Shown: positions 21,201-30,516, counted from the stretch's first letter. The stretch: 64,000 nucleotides of DNA from Thermoplasmata archaeon (GCA_041489255.1 JBGPQV010000002.1:128001-192000); one strand, 5' to 3'. Notes: a model not told the origin generated them from the sequence alone. A program made the numbers and translations.

Positions 21201-21362
21201 GATGTGGGCAGGTCTGTGAAAGAGCTGGCTGAAGAACTGGGGGTCTCCAGCCAGCTCGCCTTGTATCATATCAGGCGACTGTCGCAGAAGGGGTTCGTGG
21301 ATCTCGAGAGGAAGGGGTTGCGACTGCACGTGTACAAGACCCCGGAGAATCGCAACACCTAG
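18246..21362 (+). CDS. Large membrane protein: extracellular beta-sandwich domains, PKD, TM, cytoplasmic tandem winged-HTH
   Basis: Signal peptide; PKD; TM with GGTEIGR; RGMIRGFILGNPG..LSWHLMKLEK and LAEELGVSSQLALYHIRRL. Confidence 0.85.
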   Translation: MRKSGALEIVSIVLAVQLVLLLPSPRVMGWIPEPYELYGTAHDEVGVVLLDGEPIRTFIDGVEYSNKTSVYSRPGYFDGYFDVDTYGNYRSNRTVPGTPWIKEGGDEGDDIMYSWGDMSNNTQIGGASQPWKQGVVFKENHTWQTGLPPEAGDLTTAPDRLQPPSVKIFSITTNSTLPPYNDHLWLCNAGPYPVDASTLYIQKDIPGSYDGPIVQVPSGTIDPYQRYHIITGSRDYFVETGDAVKLVWKNNASDPQAPFGGRDIVIDRVEFNATVGGTLDWEPGNTIMNDETAPDVGRQINRSATCRDTNSRERDFFQDNEIIEYPRPLPPDPVCIEGLCNWDIGNPALDHVLRNMNFRINWTHHGWYDDPQVAATVYMRNSTATTWTGSTGPSQEMTYSGLPLLCGTDYWIGVITKASGPLFSYVTELRFRINCLPTAVNRVWPLNGQFTSAESGQRVSWSNSTDFDLGDTLDYTWWVDDTNPMTAPYVSNGTTMNNYSDPFQTNASTTYFWCLNVSDGWGAPVSNCANLWVFMTEGLPVPPTATLLKVDSHASGEGYLNRVPITNPVRDPVFSWLFLPMSRLQTGFHIEVRDTAGTLMWGLNTSGSGSTVEYNSDGSGTALSVGTCNYFRVKVRDYLTPQLWSDWSTPLDFCINTPPPVPDPLAPAENSTRLPGSAIIYWSVVNDTDTGTPDTVTYEYCIDSAAYPPYPTCNIAHVTVGANNSNAFITANGLIYLWEVRSYDSYEYSAWSAVWNFTTIVPPVAEAVGPGEALVGNMVTFYGNGSQGNISQYTWTIRDYQGAIVTRLTGAIVNYAFQDPGTYSVTLTVYDDSTGLSGSDAFYVLVKNVPKEGFDWLWLLILLAILFIIAPVGGTEIGRVALLTLLVAPMHGRRTKDKDEAETRGMIRGFILGNPGECYTSIRQNLGLKNGTLSWHLMKLEKEGIIKSRVQGTRRRYYSKGAAIPAENGGELREIEKRLLGAVEEDVGRSVKELAEELGVSSQLALYHIRRLSQKGFVDLERKGLRLHVYKTPENRNT

Positions 21363-21432
21363 GCGTACCCATCAAGCTCGCGACCGAATGTGGACAAAGG
21401 GATTTAAGGTGAGGGTCGCTTAACGCTGCGGC

Positions 21433-22341
21433 ATGACAGACCTCGCCGTGAAGCTGGCGGGCCTGAGTCTGCGGAACCCGACCCTGCTCGCCTCCGGGAT
21501 ACTTGACGAGACTGGCGGTTCCCTTCTGCGCGTTTTCAAGAGCGGGGCTGGCGCAGTAGTGTCGAAGTCCATCTGTCTTCATCCTCGAGCGGGCTACAAG
21601 AATCCGACAATCGTGGAATTGGAGAACGGCATGATTAACGCGATGGGCCTGCCCAATCCAGGAGTCGAGGATTATGGCACTGAGATCACGAAGGCGGTGA
21701 AATCGGGTGTAATCCTCGTGGGCAGCGCCTTCGGGAAGGATGAGCACGAATACGCATCCGTGGCGAAGGAGTTTGAGAAGCACGGTGCCGCGGCGGTCGA
21801 ACTCAACCTCAGCTGCCCGCATGCAAAGGGCCTCGGTCTCGAGATCGCACAGAGCGCCGAGGCAGTCGAGGGATTCACACGAACGGTGAAGAACGCTGTG
21901 AGGATCCCGGTGATGCCCAAGCTGTCCCCGAACGTCACGAACGTGGCTAACCTCGGGCTGGCCGCCGAACGTGGCGGTGCCGATGCCGTCGTCGCAATCA
22001 ACACGGTCAAAGCGATAGCCATATCCGCGGAGCTGAGAACGCCGGTTCTTTCGAACAAGTACGGCGGATTGAGCGGCCCTGCAATCAAGCCGATCGGGCT
22101 CAGATGCGTCTATGACCTCTACGAGGCGGTGGACATCCCGATAATCGGGGTTGGCGGCGTCACCTCTGGTCTGGACGCCGTGGAGTATTTCATGGCGGGA
22201 GCGAGCGCAGTCCAGATAGGCACCGCTCTCAGGACGCGTGGATACAGCGCGTTCCGTCTGATCTGCAAGGAGATTCAGCAGTTCATGGAGAAAGAGGGAT
22301 TCAAGACTGTCGGGGAAATGGTCGGGCTTGCCCATGAGTAA
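21433..22341 (+). CDS. pyrD: Dihydroorotate dehydrogenase family 1B catalytic subunit
   Basis: LASG, NAMGLPNPG, ELNLSCPH, KLSPN, INT, GGLSGPAIKP. Confidence 0.95.
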   Translation: MTDLAVKLAGLSLRNPTLLASGILDETGGSLLRVFKSGAGAVVSKSICLHPRAGYKNPTIVELENGMINAMGLPNPGVEDYGTEITKAVKSGVILVGSAFGKDEHEYASVAKEFEKHGAAAVELNLSCPHAKGLGLEIAQSAEAVEGFTRTVKNAVRIPVMPKLSPNVTNVANLGLAAERGGADAVVAINTVKAIAISAELRTPVLSNKYGGLSGPAIKPIGLRCVYDLYEAVDIPIIGVGGVTSGLDAVEYFMAGASAVQIGTALRTRGYSAFRLICKEIQQFMEKEGFKTVGEMVGLAHE

Positions 22342-23113
22342 TCTCCACATCGTCAAGATAGAGAAGATCGCCGTCGAGTGCCACCACACCAAGACCTTCC
22401 GGTTCCGCGCTCCTTTCGAGGCGGAGCCCGGCCAGTTCGTCATGGTCTGGGTCCCCCGCCACGACGAGGTGCCGATGGCGCTCTCGTATATCGATGGCCT
22501 GAAAGGATTCACTTCTCACGCTCAAGGGGAAACGACGAACGCGCTCGCGGGTTTCGAGGCGGGCGATCGCCTGGGGATCCGGGGCCCGTTGGGCAACAGC
22601 TTCGACATCAGGGGTAAGAGGATCCTCTTCGTTGCCGGCGGTACAGGGATGGCTTCGGTGGTCGCCGCTATGGAAGCCGCCGCGAAAGATGGGAAGAAGG
22701 TCGTCACCGCGCTCGGAGCGAAGACCAAGGACGATCTCATCTTCGTGAAGCGCGCAGAGAAGGTCGGAGAGGTCCACGTGGCCACCGACGATGGCTCCGA
22801 GGGGTACGACGGCTTCGCGAGCACTCTTGCGGAGAGATTGCTGGAGTCGCACAAGTTCGACCAAATCATCACTTGCGGACCCGAAGCGATGATGAAGAAG
22901 GTCGTCGAAGCCGCGACGAAGAAAAGGATTCCGGTCCAGGCATCCGTCGAACGATTCATGAAATGCGGCATCGGGATCTGCGACGCTTGCGCCTTCGGCG
23001 ACAGGCTGGTCTGCGTCGACGGCCCTGTTTTCGATGGCGAGTATCTTGCTGTGTGCGAGGACTTCGGGCGCTACCGCCGAGACGAGAGCGGGCGCAGAGT
23101 ACCCATCAAGTAG
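22334..23113 (+). CDS. pyrK: Dihydroorotate dehydrogenase electron transfer subunit
   Basis: PGQFVMVW, RGPLGN, GGTG, CGP, MKCGIGICDAC..VCVDGP (2Fe-2S). Confidence 0.93.
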   Translation: MSNLHIVKIEKIAVECHHTKTFRFRAPFEAEPGQFVMVWVPRHDEVPMALSYIDGLKGFTSHAQGETTNALAGFEAGDRLGIRGPLGNSFDIRGKRILFVAGGTGMASVVAAMEAAAKDGKKVVTALGAKTKDDLIFVKRAEKVGEVHVATDDGSEGYDGFASTLAERLLESHKFDQIITCGPEAMMKKVVEAATKKRIPVQASVERFMKCGIGICDACAFGDRLVCVDGPVFDGEYLAVCEDFGRYRRDESGRRVPIK

Positions 23114-23147
23114 CAAGGTTAAACTGCCTTCCGACGATTCCGCGTGC

Positions 23148-24779
23148 ATGCTCGACCAGGCAATGGATGCGCTCGCCGAGGAAATCGTGCGGTGGTATGC
23201 GCAGTGGAATCCCGTCTATGGCACGTATCTGGGCATACATGACTACGACCACATGCTGCCAGACTCCTCGCTATCTGCATTGAAAGAGGAGATCCGCCGC
23301 ACAAAGGAGTTCAAAGCGCGGCTCCAGGCCCTCAAACCGGAGGAGCTCTCGCCCGCCAGACAGATCGACAGGCGCAACCTCCTGAGCGCCGTGGAGCTGA
23401 ACCTGTTCGACGAGGAGGTGCTCCACAGGTCGGAGACGTACCCGGCGGCTCCGGGAGAATTCGGCACTTCCATAATGCTCCTGTACCAGAGGGATTTCGC
23501 GCCGCTGCCCGAGAGACTGAGGTGCATCTCATCTAGGTTTGCGGCGGCGCCCAAGTATCTGGGGGATGCGAGGGAGCGGCTCACCAAACCGGTCAAGCTC
23601 TGGACGACGATAGGGATCGAGTCCTGTTCGCAGCTCCAGGGCCTGCTCAAGATGATAGAGGGAATCGCCAGGGGCGCTCTGCCGCCTTCTGACATGGAAT
23701 CATTGGTCGACTCCTCTGCGAAAGCATCAATGGCGCTGAGCGACCACGAGAATTGGCTGAGGGAGGATGCGCTGCCGAAGGCGACAGACGATATCGGAAT
23801 AGGCGCACGCAACTTCGACAGGCTCATCAAGCTCAGGGGACTCGGTCTGACGGCGGACGATATCTACTCCCTGGGAAAGAAGTACCTCGCATCGGCGAAG
23901 AAGCATCTTGGAATCCTCGCCGAGCAGATCAGACCGGGGTCATCGGTCGGTGAGGTCAAGGAACTCGTGCAGTCGAAGCATCCGAAGGACTTCGCAGAAG
24001 CGCTGTCAATGACGGTGAAGGCGATGCACGAAGCGAAGGAGTTCGTTGCGAGGAAGGACTTGGCCACCTTCCCGCCAAAGGAGGAGCTGAAGGTAATCGA
24101 GACGCCCGAGTACCTGAGGCACGTGATGCCGATCGCCGCCTACATGCCCTCCGCTCCTTTTGACACGATTCAACAGGGCATCTACATGGTCACACCCGTG
24201 CAGGAGGACTCAAGCGAGCTGAAGAAGCACAGCTACGCGAAGAACTGGATAACCGCAATCCACGAGGGTTACCCGGGGCACCACCTGCACAACAGCTGCG
24301 CTGCCGTGAGAAAGTCGTATGCCAGGGCATACGTTTGGTCGATCGAGACCGTGGAGGGCTGGGCCCTGTACTGCGAGGAGATGATGCCCGAGTATGGGTT
24401 CCACAACGAGCCCGAGGTGAGGTTCTCGCAGACGCTCGACCTGATCTGGCGGGCCTGCAGGGTCATCATTGACGTGGACCTTCACCGCCGCAAGATGACA
24501 TTCGATCAAGCTGTCGACATGCTCATGGAAGAGGCAGGACTCGACAAGGCGACCGCGGCCTCGGAGGTCAAGAGGTACACCTACACCCCGGGATATCCGC
24601 TGTCCTACCTGATCGGCAAGCACATGATCATGGAGCTGAAGCAGCAGGCGAAAAAGGAGCTAGGGCCGAAGTACAGCGACAAGCTGTTCCACGACACCTT
24701 CCTCTACGCCGGCCTGATCCCGATGGCGCTCATCAAGGAAGTCTTCGAGCAGAAGTTCAGAGAGATGAAGTCCACCTGA
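23148..24779 (+). CDS. DUF885 family protein (zincin-like metallopeptidase fold)
   Basis: HEGYPGHH, EGWALYCE, RACRVIIDVDLH, PGYPLSYLIG. Confidence 0.9.
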   Translation: MLDQAMDALAEEIVRWYAQWNPVYGTYLGIHDYDHMLPDSSLSALKEEIRRTKEFKARLQALKPEELSPARQIDRRNLLSAVELNLFDEEVLHRSETYPAAPGEFGTSIMLLYQRDFAPLPERLRCISSRFAAAPKYLGDARERLTKPVKLWTTIGIESCSQLQGLLKMIEGIARGALPPSDMESLVDSSAKASMALSDHENWLREDALPKATDDIGIGARNFDRLIKLRGLGLTADDIYSLGKKYLASAKKHLGILAEQIRPGSSVGEVKELVQSKHPKDFAEALSMTVKAMHEAKEFVARKDLATFPPKEELKVIETPEYLRHVMPIAAYMPSAPFDTIQQGIYMVTPVQEDSSELKKHSYAKNWITAIHEGYPGHHLHNSCAAVRKSYARAYVWSIETVEGWALYCEEMMPEYGFHNEPEVRFSQTLDLIWRACRVIIDVDLHRRKMTFDQAVDMLMEEAGLDKATAASEVKRYTYTPGYPLSYLIGKHMIMELKQQAKKELGPKYSDKLFHDTFLYAGLIPMALIKEVFEQKFREMKST

Positions 24780-24829
24780 GGACGTGGTCCCGAGGCGGGA
24801 CTGCTCCCGCCATCAACCGGGATGCCGCT

Positions 24830-25078
24830 TCAGGGACTTAATCCCAACTGATCCTGCCCGGCGTCATTCCCTTCGTCGCCGTCGCAGCAGTGACATTGGC
24901 CATGGTTGCCGCCGCCACCGTATGTGCCGTTGTTTCCATCGTGCATTCCGCCGCCATTCCCCTGATCACCCATCATCGGGTGGTCGCTCATCATCTGGCC
25001 CCCGGACATGGCGACCGCCGTCGTGCCGACGCCCGCCACGGACAGAGCCGAAAGCAGGGCGATTACCGCAGTGTTCAT
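24830..25078 (-). CDS. Small secreted Met/Gly/His/Cys-rich protein, possible metal binder
   Basis: RBS GAGGAG; hydrophobic N-terminus; MMSDHPMMG, GGMH, HGQCHCC. Confidence 0.7.
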   Translation of the reverse strand: MNTAVIALLSALSVAGVGTTAVAMSGGQMMSDHPMMGDQGNGGGMHDGNNGTYGGGGNHGQCHCCDGDEGNDAGQDQLGLSP

Positions 25079-25130
25079 TGTTGTGTCTCCTCGGCCCACG
25101 GAACCCGCAGGCCTCAGGCATCATTATGGC

Positions 25131-25188
25131 TGAAACAGCTTATGACACTGACCTGAAACGAAGTGAAATGCATTTCAGAAGGATGAAA
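25131..25188. promoter_or_regulatory. Candidate operator: perfect palindrome TGAAATGCATTTCA (25164-25177) plus TGAAA direct repeats
   Basis: TGAAA at 25131, 25154, 25164 and 25184, upstream of the small secreted ORF. Confidence 0.55.
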
Positions 25189-25770
25189 TCAGGCGGGTTC
25201 TGAGGGTTTTGGCGGCATTGTCCTTAGGCGGATCTTGTTCGTCATGCCGTGCCTTTCGCGGGTCACGATCTCCTTGCCCTCGAGCTTGTCCAGCAGGCGC
25301 GTGACCTTCGCCTTGGAGAACGAGCCAGACGCCACGATGTCCTTCTGGAGCATCTCTCCGCCCCTTTCGCGGATGAGCGCGTAGAGGCGCTTCTCGTCTT
25401 CATCCAGCATCTTGAAGAACGCCGCCTCTTGATTGCGGGACACATGCGGAGCTTCCTGTTCGGGAACTGAAGGGACGGCGGACGAGACCGGATAAGTTGG
25501 GGCCATCGTTCCGACGGCTGGAGCCTGATTGATCGTGGGGACATCCTGGCGGGAAGACATCAGGAAGAAGACCACGGCTACCAAGACGACTCCCAATAGC
25601 AGGGTGACCGCAAGCCAGCCAATGCTGAAGCTTCCTCCCCCGCCGCCCATCATGCCTCCACCCATCATCCCGTTTGACATGAACATCGCGCCGGCGGAGC
25701 CTGCGAGAAGGAGTGCCACGAACACCGCCAGTATCACAAGGACAACGGTCATCTCTTGGCTTCTCGCCAT
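25189..25770 (-). CDS. Membrane-anchored winged-HTH transcriptional regulator with Met/Gly-rich external loop
   Basis: Two TM helices flanking MMGGGMMGGGG; C-terminal GGEMLQKDIV..FSKAKVTRLLDKLE..RERHGMTN wHTH. Confidence 0.8.
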   Translation of the reverse strand: MARSQEMTVVLVILAVFVALLLAGSAGAMFMSNGMMGGGMMGGGGGSFSIGWLAVTLLLGVVLVAVVFFLMSSRQDVPTINQAPAVGTMAPTYPVSSAVPSVPEQEAPHVSRNQEAAFFKMLDEDEKRLYALIRERGGEMLQKDIVASGSFSKAKVTRLLDKLEGKEIVTRERHGMTNKIRLRTMPPKPSEPA

Positions 25771-25852
25771 CTGCTTTCGATCTCCTGCCGAGTGAGTGAC
25801 CTACTCAACGGCATTGTTTAATGTTTGGCAATTCTTGGCGGGATAAGCCATT

Positions 25853-26581
25853 CTAAATCAGGTCGCCCCGGAAGAACGCAGCTGTCCTGTCATCATCGAG
25901 GCGGCGGACCTCGTCAATCGGTCCGCTGCCCAGCACTTCTCCCTGATACAGGAACAGACAGCGCTTCGCGAGCCTCTGCGCCTGGAACGGGTTGTGCGAG
26001 ACCATGACGACCGTGCATCCTGACTTCTGGCGGTAAGTGGCCAGGGCAGACTCTAGCATTTTGATATTTGACGGGTCCAGGTTCGCTGTGAATTCGTCGA
26101 GGAACAGAACCTCGGGCTCGATCGCAATCGCGCGGGCGAACGCGACCCTCTGCGCTTCCCCGCCGGAAAGGGTGAAGGCCTTCCTACGCTCGAACCCCTC
26201 CAGACCAACATTCTTGAGGGCGGTGAGTACGCGGTCCCGGATCTCCTTTTCCTGCACTGCCCTCAATCGTAGACCGTAGGCAACGTTCCCAAGAACCGTG
26301 TCCCTGAACATCACTGACCTCTGGAGGAGCATGGTCATCTTCCTCCTCAGCGCCTGGCCGTCCTGGACGGACGATCCGGGGTCACCGAATCTGACCGCCC
26401 CCTGGTCCGGCTGCTCGAGGAGGTCCAGGATGCGGAGCAGCGTGCTCTTGCCGCTCCCGCTCGGGCCCATTATCGCGAATATCTCGCCCGCCTCGACCCT
26501 GAAATCCACTTTCGAGAGAACTGCAGAACCGCCGTATGACTTCGAGATTCCCGCCGCCTCGACCGCGATCCCCAAACTCAA
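25853..26581 (-). CDS. tupC: Tungstate ABC transporter ATP-binding subunit
   Basis: GPSGSGKS, LSGGEAQR, LDE; in an operon with tupAB. Confidence 0.85.
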   Translation of the reverse strand: MSLGIAVEAAGISKSYGGSAVLSKVDFRVEAGEIFAIMGPSGSGKSTLLRILDLLEQPDQGAVRFGDPGSSVQDGQALRRKMTMLLQRSVMFRDTVLGNVAYGLRLRAVQEKEIRDRVLTALKNVGLEGFERRKAFTLSGGEAQRVAFARAIAIEPEVLFLDEFTANLDPSNIKMLESALATYRQKSGCTVVMVSHNPFQAQRLAKRCLFLYQGEVLGSGPIDEVRRLDDDRTAAFFRGDLI

Positions 26582-27219
26582 CCCCTCTCCTGGATCTCCC
26601 TTATGACGAAGTACACGGCGAACGCGATGATCAACAGGATTCCCGCCAACAGGAATGAGGTGCCATAATCCGCCATCTGGGTGTGCTGCATGATCGCCGT
26701 TGTGATGACCTGCGTCGACCCCTCGATGTTACCTCCCACCGCCCAGACCGCGCCGACCTCGCTAATCGCCCTCCCGAAACCGACCATAACCGCCCCGAAG
26801 ATGCCGAACCTGGCCTCGTGCATCACCCTGGACATCAGCTGCCTATTGTTCGCACCCAAGGTCTTGATCGTGAGCCGGACGCTCTCGTCCACATCGGATA
26901 TGGAGGACATGGTGAGCCCGGTCACAAGTGGGAAGATGAGCACCGATTCGGCGATAACCATGCCTATCGGCGTCCATATCCAATCGAGGAAGCCAAGCGG
27001 ACCACTGCGCGAAAGCAGTGAGTAGACAATCAGGCCCACTACCACCGAGGGAAGCGCGAACAGTGTGTAGACGCCAGTCCTCAAGAGCCAGCTGCCGCGG
27101 AATCTCTTGATCGCAAGGAAAGCACCCAACGGCAGCGCCACGAGCGAGGTCAGTACCGTCGCTGTGACCGAAACGTATAGGGAAAGCGCGACGACCTGAG
27201 CGATGTCAAGTCCGCCCAA
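26578..27219 (-). CDS. tupB: Tungstate ABC transporter permease
   Basis: LPSVVVGL..SRSGPLG and GFGRAISEVGA..VGGNI motifs. Confidence 0.88.
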   Translation of the reverse strand: MGGLDIAQVVALSLYVSVTATVLTSLVALPLGAFLAIKRFRGSWLLRTGVYTLFALPSVVVGLIVYSLLSRSGPLGFLDWIWTPIGMVIAESVLIFPLVTGLTMSSISDVDESVRLTIKTLGANNRQLMSRVMHEARFGIFGAVMVGFGRAISEVGAVWAVGGNIEGSTQVITTAIMQHTQMADYGTSFLLAGILLIIAFAVYFVIREIQERG

Positions 27220-27238
27220 GCGAGTTGCCCTCCATCAT

Positions 27239-28111
27239 TCACGGCTCCGCGTTGGGAAAGAACAGCTGGTGGCCATTGGCGGTGTGGGATGCTATTAGGT
27301 CCTGCATCTCCGGGCTCACGATCCATTCGGCGAATATTACGGCGTACTTCACGTTGACGTTCAGGTTCTTGGCGGGATTGGCCGGAATCACGCTGTATTG
27401 GTTGAAGAACAGGGTATCGTTCCTGAAGAGCTCGACGAGGTCCAGCGCCTGAATCATCGAGAAGTACGTGCCCTCGTCTGTCAGCGTATAGGCATCACCC
27501 ATTCCGTTGGCCATGATGAGCGTATCCTCCATGCCCTTGCCGACCTTCAGATACCACGAGCCGAACTGATCCGGGTCCAAGCCTGCCAATCCCCATATCT
27601 GCAGCTCCTTGGCATAGGTCCCGGAGTTGTCCGATCTCGAGAGGAATCTGGATGTGGAGGAATTGTCCGCGACCTTCTCGAACGCCGCGGTGGCGTTCCA
27701 GGCAGTCGCGACGCCGGCTGGGTCGCTCGACGGACCTACTATCGCGAACTGATTGTACATCACCTGCCATTTGAACAAGCCATACCCTTGCTCCATGAAC
27801 GGCGCTTCCAAGGAGGGTGAGTGCGAGAGGACCACGTCCGCGTCGCCTCTTCTTGCGTAGTCCAGAGCCAAGCCCGATCCGACGGCGACGACGTCGACCT
27901 TGACACCGTACATCGACTTGAAGTCGGGAAGGATGAAGTCCAGCAGGCCAGAGTTCTGCGTGCTGGTTGTCGTTGCGAGGATCAGCTTCGATTCCGGCGG
28001 GGAGAAGATCCCTGAGATTGCTAGTCCCACCGCCACGAGGGCGATCACTACGAGTATCACCGCCAAGAAGAGCCATTTCGTCCTGTTCATGAAGGCCGCC
28101 CGCCTGGGCAT
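27239..28111 (-). CDS. tupA: Tungstate ABC transporter substrate-binding protein
   Basis: LATTTS signature, GSGLAL..GDADV, SRSDNSGT. Start may be the ATG at 28090. Confidence 0.9.
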   Translation of the reverse strand: MPRRAAFMNRTKWLFLAVILVVIALVAVGLAISGIFSPPESKLILATTTSTQNSGLLDFILPDFKSMYGVKVDVVAVGSGLALDYARRGDADVVLSHSPSLEAPFMEQGYGLFKWQVMYNQFAIVGPSSDPAGVATAWNATAAFEKVADNSSTSRFLSRSDNSGTYAKELQIWGLAGLDPDQFGSWYLKVGKGMEDTLIMANGMGDAYTLTDEGTYFSMIQALDLVELFRNDTLFFNQYSVIPANPAKNLNVNVKYAVIFAEWIVSPEMQDLIASHTANGHQLFFPNAEP

Positions 28112-28220
28112 CGCCCTTCGCTAGTTAGACTTTATGACAACCCATGAGGGAAGCGCTCGGAACTAGGCCGGTTCTCGCAAAACTTAATAGAGGAAGTCAG
28201 GATACGAGGCGCGGTGGAAC

Positions 28221-28814
28221 ATGAAGAGCATTGACGCCCTCGTGAAGAAGGCGATGGATTACAAAAAGAAAGGCCTGAAGGAGGACGAGATAGCAGACGA
28301 GCTGCACCTCTCGAAGGACACGATCATCTGGCTGCTGACCCGCGGCCTGAAGGGCGGCGAGCCGCCTAAGGACGTCAAGATCGGCTGGCGCTCCATCGGT
28401 GTCATGGGCAACAGGATAGCGGCGATGGCTTCCTCCATGACCGACATCATCCTCGAGGAGACGGAGAAGAGCGGCAACGAGCCGCAGTGCGTCGCCGGCA
28501 TTGCGATCAACGGCATACCTTATGCCACATGCATATCCGAGGAGCTGGGGGGCGAGCTGGCGATATACAGGCCCCCGAGCGAGAGAGGGAAGGCGGGCGG
28601 TCATTTCTCCAGCAACTACGCCGCGGTTCAAAATAAAAAAGTGATCTTCGTTGATGACGTCGTGAGCACCGGTGAAACGATGAAGGGCGCGATAGCGGAC
28701 GCGCGAGCTTCCGGCGGCACTCCGATCCTCGCGGTCGTCTTGGTGAACAAGACGGGACAGGACGAACTGGACGGCGTCCCCCTGCGGGCACTCATCCGCG
28801 CCAGGTCAATCTAG
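28221..28814 (+). CDS. Orotate phosphoribosyltransferase-like protein with N-terminal HTH (PyrE-like/GfcR family)
   Basis: IADELHLSKDTIIWLL HTH; PPKDVKIGWRSIG; PRPP motif VDDVVSTGET. Confidence 0.85.
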   Translation: MKSIDALVKKAMDYKKKGLKEDEIADELHLSKDTIIWLLTRGLKGGEPPKDVKIGWRSIGVMGNRIAAMASSMTDIILEETEKSGNEPQCVAGIAINGIPYATCISEELGGELAIYRPPSERGKAGGHFSSNYAAVQNKKVIFVDDVVSTGETMKGAIADARASGGTPILAVVLVNKTGQDELDGVPLRALIRARSI

Positions 28815-30424
28815 TGGTGCAGATGCACTGGTTCGACGAGCTCCTCGGGAATGCGGAGGAGTTCCTTCACGGGCGCGAGAGGGTCCTCTGCAACGCGGGC
28901 TTGAGCGTCTCCGGTCTGCAGCATGTAGGCCGTCTAAGAGGGGAAATCGCGCTCAACCACGCGATAGTCAGAGCATTGAGATTGAAAGGAAAGAAGGCCT
29001 CTCAGAACCTTGTACTATACACGCAGGACCAATGGAAAGGCAAGGAGGGACAGCTGGGCAGGTTCAAGGCCGGGGAAGGGGAGCAGTACATCGGTCGGAG
29101 GCTGATGGATGTCCCGGATCCGGAAGGCTGCCACAGGAACTGGGTGGAGCACTACTGGGTCGATTTCGGGGACCACCTGGACAGGTTCGCCCCCGGGATA
29201 AGCGTGATCAGCACGACGGAGGTCTACTCCCGCCAGGATATGAAGGACCTCGTCATCGAGCTCGTGAGCAAGAAGGAGGCCGTGCGGGAGGTGGTGAACA
29301 AGTACCGCAGCAGGAGACCCTACCCGTCGGACTGGATTCCATTTGAGGCTTATTGCGAGAAGTGCCAGCGCGTCGGCAGCGCGAAGACGCTGGAGCTCCT
29401 TCCCGATCACCGGGTGCGCTACGAGTGTGAGTGCGGCAACTCCGGGATCTCCCCCATCGAGAGGGGGAAGCTGAACTGGCGACTCGAATGGCCGGCCCTG
29501 TGGAAGGTCCTGAAGGTCGATGTCGAGCCTTTCGGGAAGGACCACGCCGCGCCTGGCGGGTCGAGGGACAGCTGCAAGGAAATCGCGCAGAAAATCATGG
29601 GGATGGAGGCGCCATTCCCGATCCCCTACGAGTGGGTCGGGCTGGGGCGGGGAGGGAAGGATCTCGGGGACATGGGCTCCTCCGACTTCATCGGTTTCAC
29701 TCCGAAACAATGGCTGGAAATCGGCGACCCGGAGGTCATCCGCTACATCTATTTCTTCAACCCGGTCTCGAGGCGGGTGGTCCTCGACTTGAGCAAGGTG
29801 GACTCATATCACGACCTCTACGATTCCGCCGAGAGGGCACATCATTCCGCGAAGAAGAATGAGGAAGAGGAGGTCGCGGCTCGGAGCTTCGAACTCGCGC
29901 TCGTCGAGAAGACGATGGAGGAGATGCCGTTCCAGCTCTCATACCGCCACGCGGCATACCTTTCGCAGATCTCACCGGCTGAGCACAAGGTGAGCTGGTG
30001 CATCCAGCGACTGAGGGACACCGGCATGCTCTCCCTGCCTCTCACGCCGTTCGAGGAGGGCAGGATAGAGAGAAGGCTGACGCACGCTATGAAATGGGTG
30101 GAGCTCTACTCCCCCGAGAACAAGGTCATGCTCCTTCAGGAAGTGACTCCGAAAGTAATCGAACAGCTCGACGAGAAAGACAGGGAAGCTCTCTCGATGT
30201 ATCTCGGAGCGGCGGTAAAGACTGAATGGCGGGAGGATGCAATCAAAGAGTCCATGGTTGCGCTCACAACGAGCGGGAAATTGCCGGTCGAGACTCCTCG
30301 CTTCTTCAGAGATCTGTATCTCGTGCTCCTCGGACAGGAAAGAGGCCCGCGCGCAGCGCCTTTCCTCGCGGTGCTGAAGAAGGAATGGGTCCTGGAGAGG
30401 CTGAAGGAGACGGCAAAGGCCTAG
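28814..30424 (+). CDS. lysS: Class I lysyl-tRNA synthetase
   Basis: HW..; SVSGLQHVGRLRGE (HIGH-like), KLNWRLEWP, EPFGKDH, DMGSS, GQERGPRAAPF. Confidence 0.93.
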   Translation: MVQMHWFDELLGNAEEFLHGRERVLCNAGLSVSGLQHVGRLRGEIALNHAIVRALRLKGKKASQNLVLYTQDQWKGKEGQLGRFKAGEGEQYIGRRLMDVPDPEGCHRNWVEHYWVDFGDHLDRFAPGISVISTTEVYSRQDMKDLVIELVSKKEAVREVVNKYRSRRPYPSDWIPFEAYCEKCQRVGSAKTLELLPDHRVRYECECGNSGISPIERGKLNWRLEWPALWKVLKVDVEPFGKDHAAPGGSRDSCKEIAQKIMGMEAPFPIPYEWVGLGRGGKDLGDMGSSDFIGFTPKQWLEIGDPEVIRYIYFFNPVSRRVVLDLSKVDSYHDLYDSAERAHHSAKKNEEEEVAARSFELALVEKTMEEMPFQLSYRHAAYLSQISPAEHKVSWCIQRLRDTGMLSLPLTPFEEGRIERRLTHAMKWVELYSPENKVMLLQEVTPKVIEQLDEKDREALSMYLGAAVKTEWREDAIKESMVALTTSGKLPVETPRFFRDLYLVLLGQERGPRAAPFLAVLKKEWVLERLKETAKA

Positions 30425-30460
30425 AACGCCGCGGTGGGTTTTGCGCCCTCCGACCTGCAA

Positions 30461-30516
30461 GCCAAGCCTTCGAGGTTCTGGGCCTCGCGACCGCAGTTCG
30501 AATCTGCTTGGGGCCA
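30461..30516 (+). pseudogene. 3' two-thirds of a tRNA-Gln(CUG) lacking the 5' acceptor and D strands
   Basis: GCCAAGCCTT, anticodon arm CGAGG-TTCTGGG-CCTCG, T arm GCAG-TTCGAAT-CTGC, 3' TGGGGCC-A. No matching GGCCCCA upstream. Confidence 0.75.
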
